In this document: positions 1 to 7,897 of the stretch, piece by piece
How positions within the stretch are numbered: the stretch's first letter is position 1
Layout: each line of letters starts with the position of its first letter
Source: Synechococcus elongatus PCC 6301
GTDB taxonomy: Bacteria > Cyanobacteriota > Cyanobacteriia > Synechococcales > Synechococcaceae
Length of the DNA stretch: 32,000 nucleotides
Reading direction: 5' to 3'
NCBI RefSeq assembly: GCF_000010065.1
Contig: NC_006576.1
Location: forward strand, 2,610,001-2,642,000
Program-made: the position numbers and the translations under genes
Notes under the pieces: generated by a model
What the model saw: the letters and a program-made list of their open reading frames with translations, nothing else
Database searches by the model: none
Told to the model about the DNA's origin: nothing

Positions 1-97
1 AAGCAGTCTCAGGGATATCGCCTAACCGAGACTGCTTTGCCGCATCAAGTCACTCAACAAGCTGCGACGCTTGGGGCGATCGCTTGGTGAGTAACCG

Positions 98-364
98 TTA
101 TTCGCCAATCACAGCAAAGCCAGGACGCTTGACCGTGGCACTACCGCCCGACTTCTCGTAGAGCTGGACCGAGGCGATCCCGCTGGTGAGCACTGCCAGC
201 TTCTTCTCAGCCTGGAACTCGCAGTGCAGCTCCAATACGCTTGGCTGGCCGCTGCGCAAGGCCTCAACCACTTGCTGATAGGCCGCCTGTGCAGCTTCTG
301 CTTCTTTGCGCTGCACCGAAACCGGCATGGGCGTGAACTTCAGGGAAATCTCAAGGATGTACAT
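98..364 (-). CDS. Small conserved cyanobacterial protein, UPF0367-like (88 aa)
   Basis: Complete ORF in the track. MYILEISLKFTPMPVSVQRK...VQLYEK...KRPGF resembles the ~85-90 aa cyanobacterial UPF0367 family as I remember it. It is divergent from psbD. The family call is from memory and was not searched. Confidence 0.7.
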   Translation of the reverse strand: MYILEISLKFTPMPVSVQRKEAEAAQAAYQQVVEALRSGQPSVLELHCEFQAEKKLAVLTSGIASVQLYEKSGGSATVKRPGFAVIGE

Positions 365-564
365 GGAAGCCTGCGAGACACAACGGCAGCGATCGCTTCC
401 AGTATCTCAGATCAATATCCCTCCCCGATGGGAGGCAGCCTGCCTATAATGAGACGACAGTAACGAAACGTTAAGCTGCGACCTCGGTTGCCATAATCAT
501 CCATGTTTGTCGCAAACTGCGTTTCTCTGAACTGATATTGCAAATATCTGGAGATTGCTAAGCA

Positions 565-1623
565 ATGACGATTGCAGTAGGGCGAGCGCCAGCGGAGCGG
601 GGATGGTTTGACGTCCTCGACGACTGGCTGAAGCGCGACCGATATGTATTTGTGGGTTGGTCAGGGTTGCTGCTGTTTCCCTGTGCGTATTTAGCACTGG
701 GCGGGTGGTTGACCGGGACCAGCTTTGTGACGTCGTGGTACACCCACGGCATCGCGTCTTCGTACTTAGAAGGCGGCAACTTTTTGACCGTAGCAGTGAG
801 CACCCCAGCGGATGCGTTTGGGCATTCGTTGATGCTGCTGTGGGGCCCCGAGGCACAAGGGAACTTCGTGCGTTGGTGCCAGTTGGGTGGCTTGTGGAAC
901 TTCGTAGCACTGCACGGCGCCTTCGGCCTGATTGGGTTCATGCTGCGTCAATTTGAGATTGCGCGGTTGGTGGGCGTCCGTCCGTACAACGCGATCGCCT
1001 TTTCGGGTCCGATCGCAGTGTTCGTGTCGGTGTTCTTGATGTACCCGTTGGGTCAATCGAGCTGGTTCTTCGCTCCGAGCTTTGGCGTGGCAGCGATTTT
1101 CCGGTTTTTGTTGTTCCTGCAAGGGTTCCACAACTGGACCTTGAACCCATTCCACATGATGGGCGTGGCCGGGATTTTGGGTGGGGCATTGCTGTGCGCC
1201 ATTCACGGTGCGACGGTGGAGAACACCCTGTTCGAGGATTCAGAGCAATCGAACACCTTCCGGGCATTTGAGCCGACGCAGGCCGAAGAGACGTACTCGA
1301 TGGTGACGGCGAACCGTTTTTGGAGCCAGATTTTCGGGATTGCGTTTTCGAACAAGCGGTGGCTGCACTTTTTCATGCTGTTCGTGCCGGTGACGGGCTT
1401 GTGGATGAGCTCGATCGGGATTGTAGGTTTGGCGTTGAACCTGCGGGCGTACGACTTCGTGTCGCAGGAGCTGCGGGCCGCTGAGGATCCGGAATTTGAG
1501 ACGTTCTACACGAAGAACATCTTGTTGAACGAAGGGATTCGGGCCTGGATGGCACCGCAAGACCAACCGCACGAAAAATTCGTCTTCCCCGAAGAGGTTC
1601 TGCCTCGCGGTAACGCTCTCTAG
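565..1623 (+). CDS. psbD: Photosystem II D2 reaction-centre protein; monocistronic copy (psbDII-type, no overlapping psbC downstream)
   Basis: The 352-aa translation is unmistakable D2 ([34 protein letters not shown]...[12 protein letters not shown]). GGAG lies about 10 nt upstream of the ATG. No psbC reading frame overlaps the 3' end, unlike the psbDI-psbC arrangement. Confidence 0.98.
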   Translation: MTIAVGRAPAERGWFDVLDDWLKRDRYVFVGWSGLLLFPCAYLALGGWLTGTSFVTSWYTHGIASSYLEGGNFLTVAVSTPADAFGHSLMLLWGPEAQGNFVRWCQLGGLWNFVALHGAFGLIGFMLRQFEIARLVGVRPYNAIAFSGPIAVFVSVFLMYPLGQSSWFFAPSFGVAAIFRFLLFLQGFHNWTLNPFHMMGVAGILGGALLCAIHGATVENTLFEDSEQSNTFRAFEPTQAEETYSMVTANRFWSQIFGIAFSNKRWLHFFMLFVPVTGLWMSSIGIVGLALNLRAYDFVSQELRAAEDPEFETFYTKNILLNEGIRAWMAPQDQPHEKFVFPEEVLPRGNAL

Positions 1624-1654
1624 GCATTTTTCTCTAACAGGAAAGATTTTTGCT

Positions 1655-1681
1655 CAACGGCCTCCCCAAAGGAGGTCGTTG
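1655..1681 (+). other. Stem-loop 32 nt after the psbD stop (11 bp including one G-U, 5-nt loop), with no U-tract
   Basis: caacggcctcc-ccaaa-ggaggtcgttg was paired by hand. It is followed by ccgttagg, so it is not a canonical intrinsic terminator. It may be an mRNA-stabilising or processing hairpin. Confidence 0.5.
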
Positions 1682-1899
1682 CCGTTAGGATAGGGGGCGT
1701 AAACCTGTTGTAGTTGCGCGGAGGTGGTGCCCTCATGGTGGAATGTAGTAAAACCTTGGGTCTGATCGTTGGAGAAAGCCGGCTGTGAGCCGGAACCGTC
1801 CTCTGAGCACGATTCCCAGTAATCTTTAAGGTCTGGAACCAGACTTTAGTCGGAGAGTTCTTCCGGCAGCCAGGTTCCGACGTCATAGACCCGACTAGA

Positions 1900-1937
1900 C
1901 CGCTCCTTGTCATCTGATAGGGAGCGGATAGTTTTTT
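1900..1937 (+). terminator. Rho-independent terminator about 310 nt downstream of psbD
   Basis: The 7-bp stem is ccgctcc (1900-1906) / ggagcgg (1921-1927) with a 14-nt loop. It is followed by ata-gTTTTTT (1931-1937). Confidence 0.75.
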
Positions 1938-2035
1938 GAGCAATTATCAACTCATCAATTCCGTAGCAAAAAGCACGAGATTACTCGTCTCAAGTCGCTA
2001 CTTTTAAATGCACCTCGTGTTGACTTCAGATCTGT

Positions 2036-2443
2036 ATGCCAAGACTTCGTTGGACTTCGTACCTCAAAGTGTTGGTGATTAGCCTGATTGCGGGCACCCT
2101 GTCCCCAGTCGTGGCGAGCTTACCTTCGCAAGGGACTCGTCCATCGTTGGCTCGAAGCATGGAGATGAACTCAGTGTTGAGTGCAGCCGAGATTCAGACT
2201 CGCCTATTGCGATTACCGGCTTGGCGTCTAGACGGACAAAGTATCGTCTGCGATCCCCGTTTCGCGGGGTTTCCAGAGGCGATCGCCTTCTTAAATCGCT
2301 TGGTGGAGCCAGCGGAAGCTGCAGGGCACCATCCGGATTTAGAAGTCTCCTACAACCGAGTCATCATCCGTCTAACTACGCACGATGCCGGAGGTTTGAC
2401 CGACCAAGATTTTTCCTTGGCTGAAAAGATCAGCCAACTGTGA
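2036..2443 (+). CDS. Pterin-4a-carbinolamine dehydratase (PCD/DCoH) family protein; start uncertain (2036, 2159 or 2165)
   Basis: The C-terminal ~92 aa (MNSVLSAAEIQTRLLRLPAWRLDG...AAGHHPDLEVSYNRVIIRLTTHDAGGLT) carry the PCD signature HHPD...V...L.TH. The 41-43 aa N-terminal extension from the longest ORF looks like a signal peptide. Confidence 0.8.
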   Translation: MPRLRWTSYLKVLVISLIAGTLSPVVASLPSQGTRPSLARSMEMNSVLSAAEIQTRLLRLPAWRLDGQSIVCDPRFAGFPEAIAFLNRLVEPAEAAGHHPDLEVSYNRVIIRLTTHDAGGLTDQDFSLAEKISQL

Positions 2444-2480
2444 GCAGGGTCAATTCGTGAACTAGCACGGCATCGCCCCC

Positions 2481-2509
2481 TTCCCATGGTTGACTAGGCG
2501 ACATATAAT
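2481..2509 (+). promoter_or_regulatory. Candidate sigma70-type promoter of the first porin gene
   Basis: A perfect TATAAT lies at 2504-2509, with TTCCCA 17 nt upstream (2481-2486). This would give a ~65-nt leader to the ATG at 2581. It is a sequence-only prediction. Confidence 0.4.
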
Positions 2510-2580
2510 GAACCGTGAAGTTCTGCGGCTACCTTGTAAGTAATCCCAAACTTCTAACTCCCGGTGTGAGGATTGAGTTC

Positions 2581-4224
2581 ATGAAAAATCTGTTCAAGGT
2601 CATGTTGGCTGGCCCTCTGGCCGCTAGCGTTGCTTTTGCAGGCGCAGCCCAAGCGGAAAGCCTGAACCGCGACACGATTAATCAGGTCAACGCGATCGCT
2701 AATGAAGAGCTGCCTGCAGCCCAAGTCACTTCGATCACTCAGCTGAGTGATGTCAAACCGACCGACTGGGCTTACCAAGCACTGCAATCGCTGGTTGAGC
2801 GCTATGGCTGTATCGTTGGTTATCCCGATCGTACCTACCGTGGCAGCCGCGCCCTGACTCGCTACGAATTCGCTGCTGGTCTGAACGCTTGTTTGGACAA
2901 AGTCATTGAATTTGCAGCTTCAAAAGAGGATCTCGACACCCTCAAGAAGCTGATGGAAGAGTTCCAAGCTGAACTCGCAACCCTGCGCGGCCGGGTCGAC
3001 AGCCTCGAAGCTCGTGTGACCGAACTGGAAGCAACTCAGTTTTCCACCACCACCAAGCTACAAGGCGAAGTAATCCTGAGCTTGGATCGGGCTTTTGGCC
3101 CCAGCGGTCTCGACACCGGTACCTCCTTCTCGCAACGGGTTAGTCTCAACCTCAATACCAGTTTCACTGGTAAAGATTTGCTGAAAACGCGTCTGCGTTC
3201 CAACAGCATCACCTCTCCTGGCCTACGGGACTTCAATGGTGGCGTGCCTGGCTCAGGCATCATCAGCCCTGCTGCTGCCCTCGATTACGACAACGCCACC
3301 AACGCACCTAACGCTAATTTCTTCCTAGACACGTTGCTCTACACCTTCCCCGTGGGCGATGTGAAATTTACTGTGGGTACTTCTAACCTGCAGGTTGAAG
3401 ACATTCTGTCGACGACTGGCACGTTCTACGCACCCTACATCAGCTACTTCTTCAGTACTCCGATCCCGGGTATCTATGGTGATGCTGATACCACCAACTC
3501 TGCTGGTGCTGGTTTCAACTGGCAACTAAGCAAAAGCTTTAACTTTGGTGCTGCCTACATCAACCAAAATGGTCCGACCACAGGTGGTAACCTCGCCAGT
3601 GACCCGACTTCGGGTGTGTTCGGTGCTGACTCTCAAACTACGGCTCAGTTAGCGTTCAAAAACGACAGTGGTACTTTCATCGGTGCCCTGGCCTACGCTT
3701 ACCGGAAAGGTCCTGACCTTGCAACCGATTTGAGCTTCTTGCCTAGCCAGTTTGGTGGTGTTAACTTCGGTACTCCTCGTGCTTTGGCTGGTCTTGGCTT
3801 AGGTAGCTCCGGCTCAGACATCGTCAGCACCAACAATATTGGTTTGTCCTTGGGCTGGGCAGTGAGCGATGGCTTCACCATCAGCGGTTCCTATGGCATC
3901 AGCTTCGGCAACGGTTTTGGTGCTAACAACACAGTTCAGTCTTGGACGGTAGGCTTCACCTTCCCGAACCTCTTCGCTGATGGCAACGAGTTCGGCTTCG
4001 CAGTGGGTCAAGCACCCTACGTGATCAGTGATAGCCGGGGCGCTGCTTTCCAAGACACCGGTAACTTCGCTTTTGAGGTTTACTACAAGCTGCAAGTGAC
4101 TGACAACATCTCGATCACTCCTGCTCTCTACGCCATCACCAATGCTGGCGGTGGTCTGAGCTTCCCCGATTCGGCTAATGGTGACTTCATCGTCCCCGTG
4201 ATCAAAACCGTGTTTACTTTCTAA
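2581..4224 (+). CDS. Outer-membrane porin with N-terminal SLH domain, coiled coil and OprB-like beta-barrel (SomA/SomB type), 547 aa
   Basis: I chose the ATG at 2581, preceded by GTGAGGA, because it gives a signal peptide MKNLFKVMLAGPLAASVAFAGAAQA. The SLH motif is TDWAYQALQSLVERYGCIVGYPDRTYRG. A heptad-like stretch is followed by a Gly/Asn/Thr-rich alternating barrel that ends in the aromatic residue F (KTVFTF). Confidence 0.9.
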   Translation: MKNLFKVMLAGPLAASVAFAGAAQAESLNRDTINQVNAIANEELPAAQVTSITQLSDVKPTDWAYQALQSLVERYGCIVGYPDRTYRGSRALTRYEFAAGLNACLDKVIEFAASKEDLDTLKKLMEEFQAELATLRGRVDSLEARVTELEATQFSTTTKLQGEVILSLDRAFGPSGLDTGTSFSQRVSLNLNTSFTGKDLLKTRLRSNSITSPGLRDFNGGVPGSGIISPAAALDYDNATNAPNANFFLDTLLYTFPVGDVKFTVGTSNLQVEDILSTTGTFYAPYISYFFSTPIPGIYGDADTTNSAGAGFNWQLSKSFNFGAAYINQNGPTTGGNLASDPTSGVFGADSQTTAQLAFKNDSGTFIGALAYAYRKGPDLATDLSFLPSQFGGVNFGTPRALAGLGLGSSGSDIVSTNNIGLSLGWAVSDGFTISGSYGISFGNGFGANNTVQSWTVGFTFPNLFADGNEFGFAVGQAPYVISDSRGAAFQDTGNFAFEVYYKLQVTDNISITPALYAITNAGGGLSFPDSANGDFIVPVIKTVFTF

Positions 4225-4253
4225 AGCTACGGCACTAGTTAGTTAATCCTTGG

Positions 4254-4292
4254 GAGAGGGTGGGGTCCGCAAGATCTCACCCTCTCTGTTTT
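4254..4292 (+). terminator. Rho-independent terminator after the first porin gene
   Basis: The 9-bp stem is gagagggtg (4254-4262) / caccctctc (4278-4286), followed by tgTTTT (4287-4292). Confidence 0.7.
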
Positions 4293-4460
4293 GAGGGAAA
4301 GCTGGGTTTTGGGTGACCTCCTTGAGAGAAGTGTTGCAAGTTTTGCAAAACGTTCATGCAGGATGTGTTCCAAAAGACTAGTTTTTTGACAAGGGATTTG
4401 TTACCTTACCTTCGTGAGAAGTGATCTAGCCATTTCTCCCTACATGGTGTGAGGTTATCA

Positions 4461-6056
4461 ATGAAACGCCTTTTCTCGGCGCTGCTTCTAGCCCCGGCAA
4501 TTGCTGGTGTGGCTGCGGGCGCAGCAAATGCTAACGGTTTAAGCACCGAACAGCTCCAAAAAATTGACGCTGTAACTCCCAACGGCATCACCTCCGGTCA
4601 GATCACTTCGATCACCGAATTGAGTGATGTCAAGCCGACTGACTGGGCTTATCAAGCATTGCAGTCGCTAGTTGAGCGTTATGGCTGCATCGTCGGCTAC
4701 CCTGATCGGACTTACCGTGGTAGCCGCCCCCTCCCTCGTTATGAGTTTGCAGCAGGCTTGAACGCTTGCTTGGACAAAGTCATTGAATTTGCAGCGTCGA
4801 AAGAGGATCTCGACACCCTCAAGCGACTGACTGAAGAATTCCAAGCTGAGCTGGCGACCCTGCGTGGTCGTGTTGATAGTCTCGAGGCTCATGTTAAAGA
4901 GCTCGAAGCTACCCGTTTCTCCACCACGACTAAGCTACAAGGTGAAGTAATCTTCAGCTTGGACGCTGTTGCTAATACTGCTGGCAACGAACGTAACCAA
5001 GACGGTGCTGTATCGTTCGGCAACCGCGTCAGCTTGAACCTCAACACGAGCTTCACTGGCAAAGACTTGCTATTGACCCGTCTGCGCGCTCGTAACATTG
5101 AGACGATTCAGCAGCGCTTGTCGCCTGGCTTTAATCCCTCGGGCTCGCGGCTCGACTACGACGGTACCGGTTCGCCTGGTGTCCCGAATTCGGCTAATAC
5201 CTTTTTCCTTGACAAATTGCTGTACCGCTTCCCCGTCGGTGATGTCTCCTTCACTGTTGGTACCGCGGGCGTTCAACCTCAAGACTACGGCCTGAGCGAC
5301 GCTACCTTCTTCAGTGGCCCTGCGAACACGAAAGCCTTCAAGTATGTCGGTGCAGGTGTTTACGCTGATACTCGTGATGCTGATACCGCTGGTGTTGGCT
5401 TCAACTGGAAGGCTAGTAAGAATTTCAGCTTCCAGGCTGGCTACATCAACCGCAACTCTGCTGATGTCTCGACTGTCAACAGTGGTGGTGTCTTTGGCTT
5501 CACCCCGACAGGGACTGGTACTAACTCTTGGGATGTGAACGCTCAAGTCAAGTACCAAACTGATAACAACAAGTTCCGAGTTGCTCTGGCCTACGCTCTG
5601 CGAAATGGTCGCTACGCCACTGACTTCGGTACCACCAACGCCTTCCAGCCTTTTGGTGCTACCAACTACAACAGCAACAACCTTGCTCTCTCCTTGGGTT
5701 GGGCAATTTCTGATGCTGTGACCTTGTCAGCCGGCTACGGCATTGGCTTTGTCAATGAGCAAGGTACGAACCAAAACGCGACTGTTCAGAACTACGCAAT
5801 TGGCTTGACCTTCCCTAACCTGTTTGCTGATGGCAACGAGTTTGGTGTTGCAGCAGACCAACAACCTTGGGTCAGCAGCGCTTCTAACCGTTCGTCTGAA
5901 GACACTGGTTCCTTTGGTGTTGAAACCTACTACAAAATCCAAGTGACGGACAATATCTCCATCACTCCTGGTACTTACGTGTTCAACAACACCAATGGCC
6001 AGCAAAACGGTGGAACGACTTACGTTCCCTTCCTGAAAACAGTCTTCCGTTTCTAG
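4461..6056 (+). CDS. Second SLH-domain / OprB-like porin paralog (SomA/SomB type), 531 aa
   Basis: The ATG at 4461 is preceded by GGTGTGAGGTT, the same leader motif as the first porin. The signal peptide is MKRLFSALLLAPAIAGVAAGAANA. The SLH and coiled-coil block is ~92% identical in protein to the upstream paralog. The C-terminus is KTVFRF. Confidence 0.9.
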   Translation: MKRLFSALLLAPAIAGVAAGAANANGLSTEQLQKIDAVTPNGITSGQITSITELSDVKPTDWAYQALQSLVERYGCIVGYPDRTYRGSRPLPRYEFAAGLNACLDKVIEFAASKEDLDTLKRLTEEFQAELATLRGRVDSLEAHVKELEATRFSTTTKLQGEVIFSLDAVANTAGNERNQDGAVSFGNRVSLNLNTSFTGKDLLLTRLRARNIETIQQRLSPGFNPSGSRLDYDGTGSPGVPNSANTFFLDKLLYRFPVGDVSFTVGTAGVQPQDYGLSDATFFSGPANTKAFKYVGAGVYADTRDADTAGVGFNWKASKNFSFQAGYINRNSADVSTVNSGGVFGFTPTGTGTNSWDVNAQVKYQTDNNKFRVALAYALRNGRYATDFGTTNAFQPFGATNYNSNNLALSLGWAISDAVTLSAGYGIGFVNEQGTNQNATVQNYAIGLTFPNLFADGNEFGVAADQQPWVSSASNRSSEDTGSFGVETYYKIQVTDNISITPGTYVFNNTNGQQNGGTTYVPFLKTVFRF

Positions 6057-6070
6057 GAATCAACTGTTTA

Positions 6071-6100
6071 GTTAGGGATGGGCGATCGCCCATCCCTAAC
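6071..6100. repeat. 30-nt perfect palindrome centred on a HIP1 site, 15 nt after the second porin stop
   Basis: gttagggatgggcgatcgcccatccctaac is its own reverse complement, and GCGATCGC sits at 6082-6089. There is no U-tract. Confidence 0.8.
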
Positions 6101-6121
6101 CAACTCTTTCCTCACCACATT

Positions 6122-6147
6122 AGCTCTCGCCTGTCGAGAGCTTTTTT
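6122..6147 (+). terminator. Rho-independent terminator of the porin locus
   Basis: The 8-bp stem is agctctcg (6122-6129) / cgagagct (6135-6142) with a 5-nt loop. TTTTTT at 6142-6147 follows. Confidence 0.8.
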
Positions 6148-6180
6148 ATGCTTTTTAGGAGCTGAAGCTGAAATCCTCAA

Positions 6181-6206
6181 TCTCCAGTGGAGAATGGGTG
6201 TATAAT
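6181..6206 (+). promoter_or_regulatory. Candidate promoter and operator of the Rrf2 gene
   Basis: A perfect TATAAT lies at 6201-6206. A 13-nt inverted repeat tctcca-g-tggaga (6181-6193) covers the -35 position. The implied transcription start near 6213 leaves only a very short leader before GTG 6218 or 6233. Confidence 0.35.
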
Positions 6207-6232
6207 CAGCTACAGCTGTGTGGAACGATCGC

Positions 6233-6673
6233 GTGGAGCTGTCCGGAAAGTGTGAATATGCTCTTCTAGCCTTGATTGAGCTAGCCCGAGGGCACAGCAA
6301 CGGTGAACCACAACAGATCAAACAGCTTGCCGACCGGCAAAATATTCCCGATCGCTACCTTGAACAGTTGCTAGCTACCCTGCGGCGTGGAGGTATTGTT
6401 CGCAGTGTTCGTGGGGCTCGAGGTGGCTATCTTCTCGCCCGAGAACCCTGGCAAATTTCGATGCAGGATGTCGTGCACTGCATTGATGGGACTGAAATGC
6501 AGCGAACTGAGGCGATCGATCAGCAGTCAGTGACGATTGAACGCCAAATTCTTGTTGATATTAATGTTGAGCTTTGCAAGGCTGTAGAGGATGTTTTGGC
6601 TGCCTATAGCTTGCAAGATCTATTAGAAATTCGAGAAAATCGAGCTAGTACAGATTTGATGTATTACATTTGA
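6233..6673 (+). CDS. Rrf2-family transcriptional regulator (146 aa from GTG 6233; the longest ORF starts at GTG 6218)
   Basis: From GTG 6233 the N-terminus reads (M)ELSGKCEYALLALIELA, the typical Rrf2 start. The wHTH region is IPDRYLEQLLATLRRGGIVRSVRGARGGYLLAR. There is no CX5-6CX5-6C Fe-S ligand cluster. Confidence 0.85.
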   Translation: MELSGKCEYALLALIELARGHSNGEPQQIKQLADRQNIPDRYLEQLLATLRRGGIVRSVRGARGGYLLAREPWQISMQDVVHCIDGTEMQRTEAIDQQSVTIERQILVDINVELCKAVEDVLAAYSLQDLLEIRENRASTDLMYYI

Positions 6674-6929
6674 TTTTTCAGATTTACTGGGAACTATCTA
6701 TTTGTCAATTTAGGCTTCCTCTGATCTTGAGCTGATCGTGATTGTTGAGTACTTAGACTTGCTCCACACTAGGAATGCTGAGCCTAAATGGCAATCTGCC
6801 GGCTAAAAGGCTGTTGCGCTCGTTTGAGTATCGACCCTTAGCTTTACAGAATTGGCGATTTGCTACCTACAGCTAGGGTTGTAGGCCATGATTATAAGGA
6901 CGCCGTCTTCACCCGCTAACCGCTCAGTC

Positions 6930-7892
6930 ATGCGAATCGCTCAGAACATCACGGAACTCATTGGCCGGACTCCTCTGGTGCAGCTCAATCGCATCCCCGT
7001 CGCAGATGGCTGCTTGGCCAGAATTGTGGTAAAGCTGGAAAGCTTTAATCCTTCAGCGTCGGTCAAAGACCGGATCGGCATCAGCATGATTCTAGAGGCT
7101 GAGCGCAAAGGCCTCATTGCTCCTGATCGCACAACACTGGTAGAGCCGACCTCTGGCAACACAGGGATTGCCTTAGCGATGGCTGCTGCAGCAAGAGGCT
7201 ACCGGCTGATTTTGACCATGCCAGACACGATGAGTTCAGAGCGTCGGGCGATGCTGCGGGCCTATGGGGCCACACTGGAATTGACGCCCGGGATTGAAGG
7301 GATGGCTGGTTGCATTCAGCGGGCACAGGAAATTGTTGCCTCGCATCCTGAAGCCTATATGCTGCAACAGTTCAAGAATCCCGCGAATCCCAAAATTCAC
7401 CGAGAAACTACAGCAGAAGAGATTTGGGCGGACACCGATGGCACCGTCGATATTTTGATTTCAGGGGTTGGCACAGGGGGAACAATCACCGGGGTAGCGG
7501 AGGTTTTGAAGGAACGCAAACCGTCCTTCCAAGCGTTCGCAGTTGAGCCAGCTAATAGTCCGGTGCTATCGGGAGGGCGGCCTGGTCCCCACAAGATTCA
7601 AGGCATTGGGGCAGGTTTTGTGCCAGAAGTGCTGGCGACTCAACTGATCGATGAGGTTGTGACGGTAAGCGATGACGAAGCGATCGCCTACGGCCGTCGC
7701 TTAGCTCGCGAGGAAGGGTTGCTGTCGGGGATTTCCAGTGGCGCTGCAGTCGCTGCCGCCGTCCAAGTTGCTCGCCGGCCTGAAAATACCGACAAACTGA
7801 TCGTGGTCATCTTGCCCAGTTTTGGCGAGCGCTATCTCAGCACACCTTTGTTCCAAGAGCCGGAACTGGTTTCAGTTAGCAGCAACGGTTAG
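6930..7892 (+). CDS. cysK: Cysteine synthase A / O-acetylserine sulfhydrylase (320 aa; alternative start 6888)
   Basis: [23 protein letters not shown] is the usual CysK N-terminus. The PLP-lysine motif is NPSASVKDR, with TSGNTG and the glycine loop [10 protein letters not shown]. Confidence 0.93.
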   Translation: MRIAQNITELIGRTPLVQLNRIPVADGCLARIVVKLESFNPSASVKDRIGISMILEAERKGLIAPDRTTLVEPTSGNTGIALAMAAAARGYRLILTMPDTMSSERRAMLRAYGATLELTPGIEGMAGCIQRAQEIVASHPEAYMLQQFKNPANPKIHRETTAEEIWADTDGTVDILISGVGTGGTITGVAEVLKERKPSFQAFAVEPANSPVLSGGRPGPHKIQGIGAGFVPEVLATQLIDEVVTVSDDEAIAYGRRLAREEGLLSGISSGAAVAAAVQVARRPENTDKLIVVILPSFGERYLSTPLFQEPELVSVSSNG

Positions 7893-7897
7893 GTCTT

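Noticed and set aside
1-90. Open plus-strand frame at the window edge (…TLGAIAW-stop at 88-90) and a 10-bp hairpin (1-10 paired with 29-38).
   Set aside because: This could be the 3' end of an upstream gene or a terminator for the UPF0367-like gene. With only 30 codons and no flanking sequence, neither can be supported.
497-1627. Multiple overlapping ORFs on both strands within psbD (for example 497..910, 558..941, 766..1206, 938..1267, 1240..1572 and 1373..1627).
   Set aside because: All of them overlap the unmistakable D2 coding frame. Their translations are R/S/P/T-rich low-complexity sequence, typical of off-frame reading in a GC-rich gene.
1682-1937. Attempt to identify the psbD-downstream RNA as RNase P RNA, tmRNA, SRP RNA, a cobalamin riboswitch or Yfr1.
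   Set aside because: I could not find the remembered signature motifs: the GAGGAAAGTCC P4 region, GGGGCTG...TCCACCA ends, the GGAA-tetraloop SRP helix, or the B12 box. The RNA is left unassigned. 6S RNA cannot be excluded by eye.
1620-1943. 107-codon minus-strand ORF in the psbD downstream region.
   Set aside because: The translation (…RKNSPTKVWFQTLKITGNRAQRTVPAHSRLSPTIRPK…) has no protein-like pattern and no ribosome-binding site. The region is better explained as structured plus-strand RNA that ends at a terminator.
2700-4950. Recent gene conversion between the two porin genes' 5' regions.
   Set aside because: The proteins are ~92% identical there. However, the nucleotide sequences differ at many synonymous sites, with only short identical runs of about 25 nt, so homogenisation is not recent.
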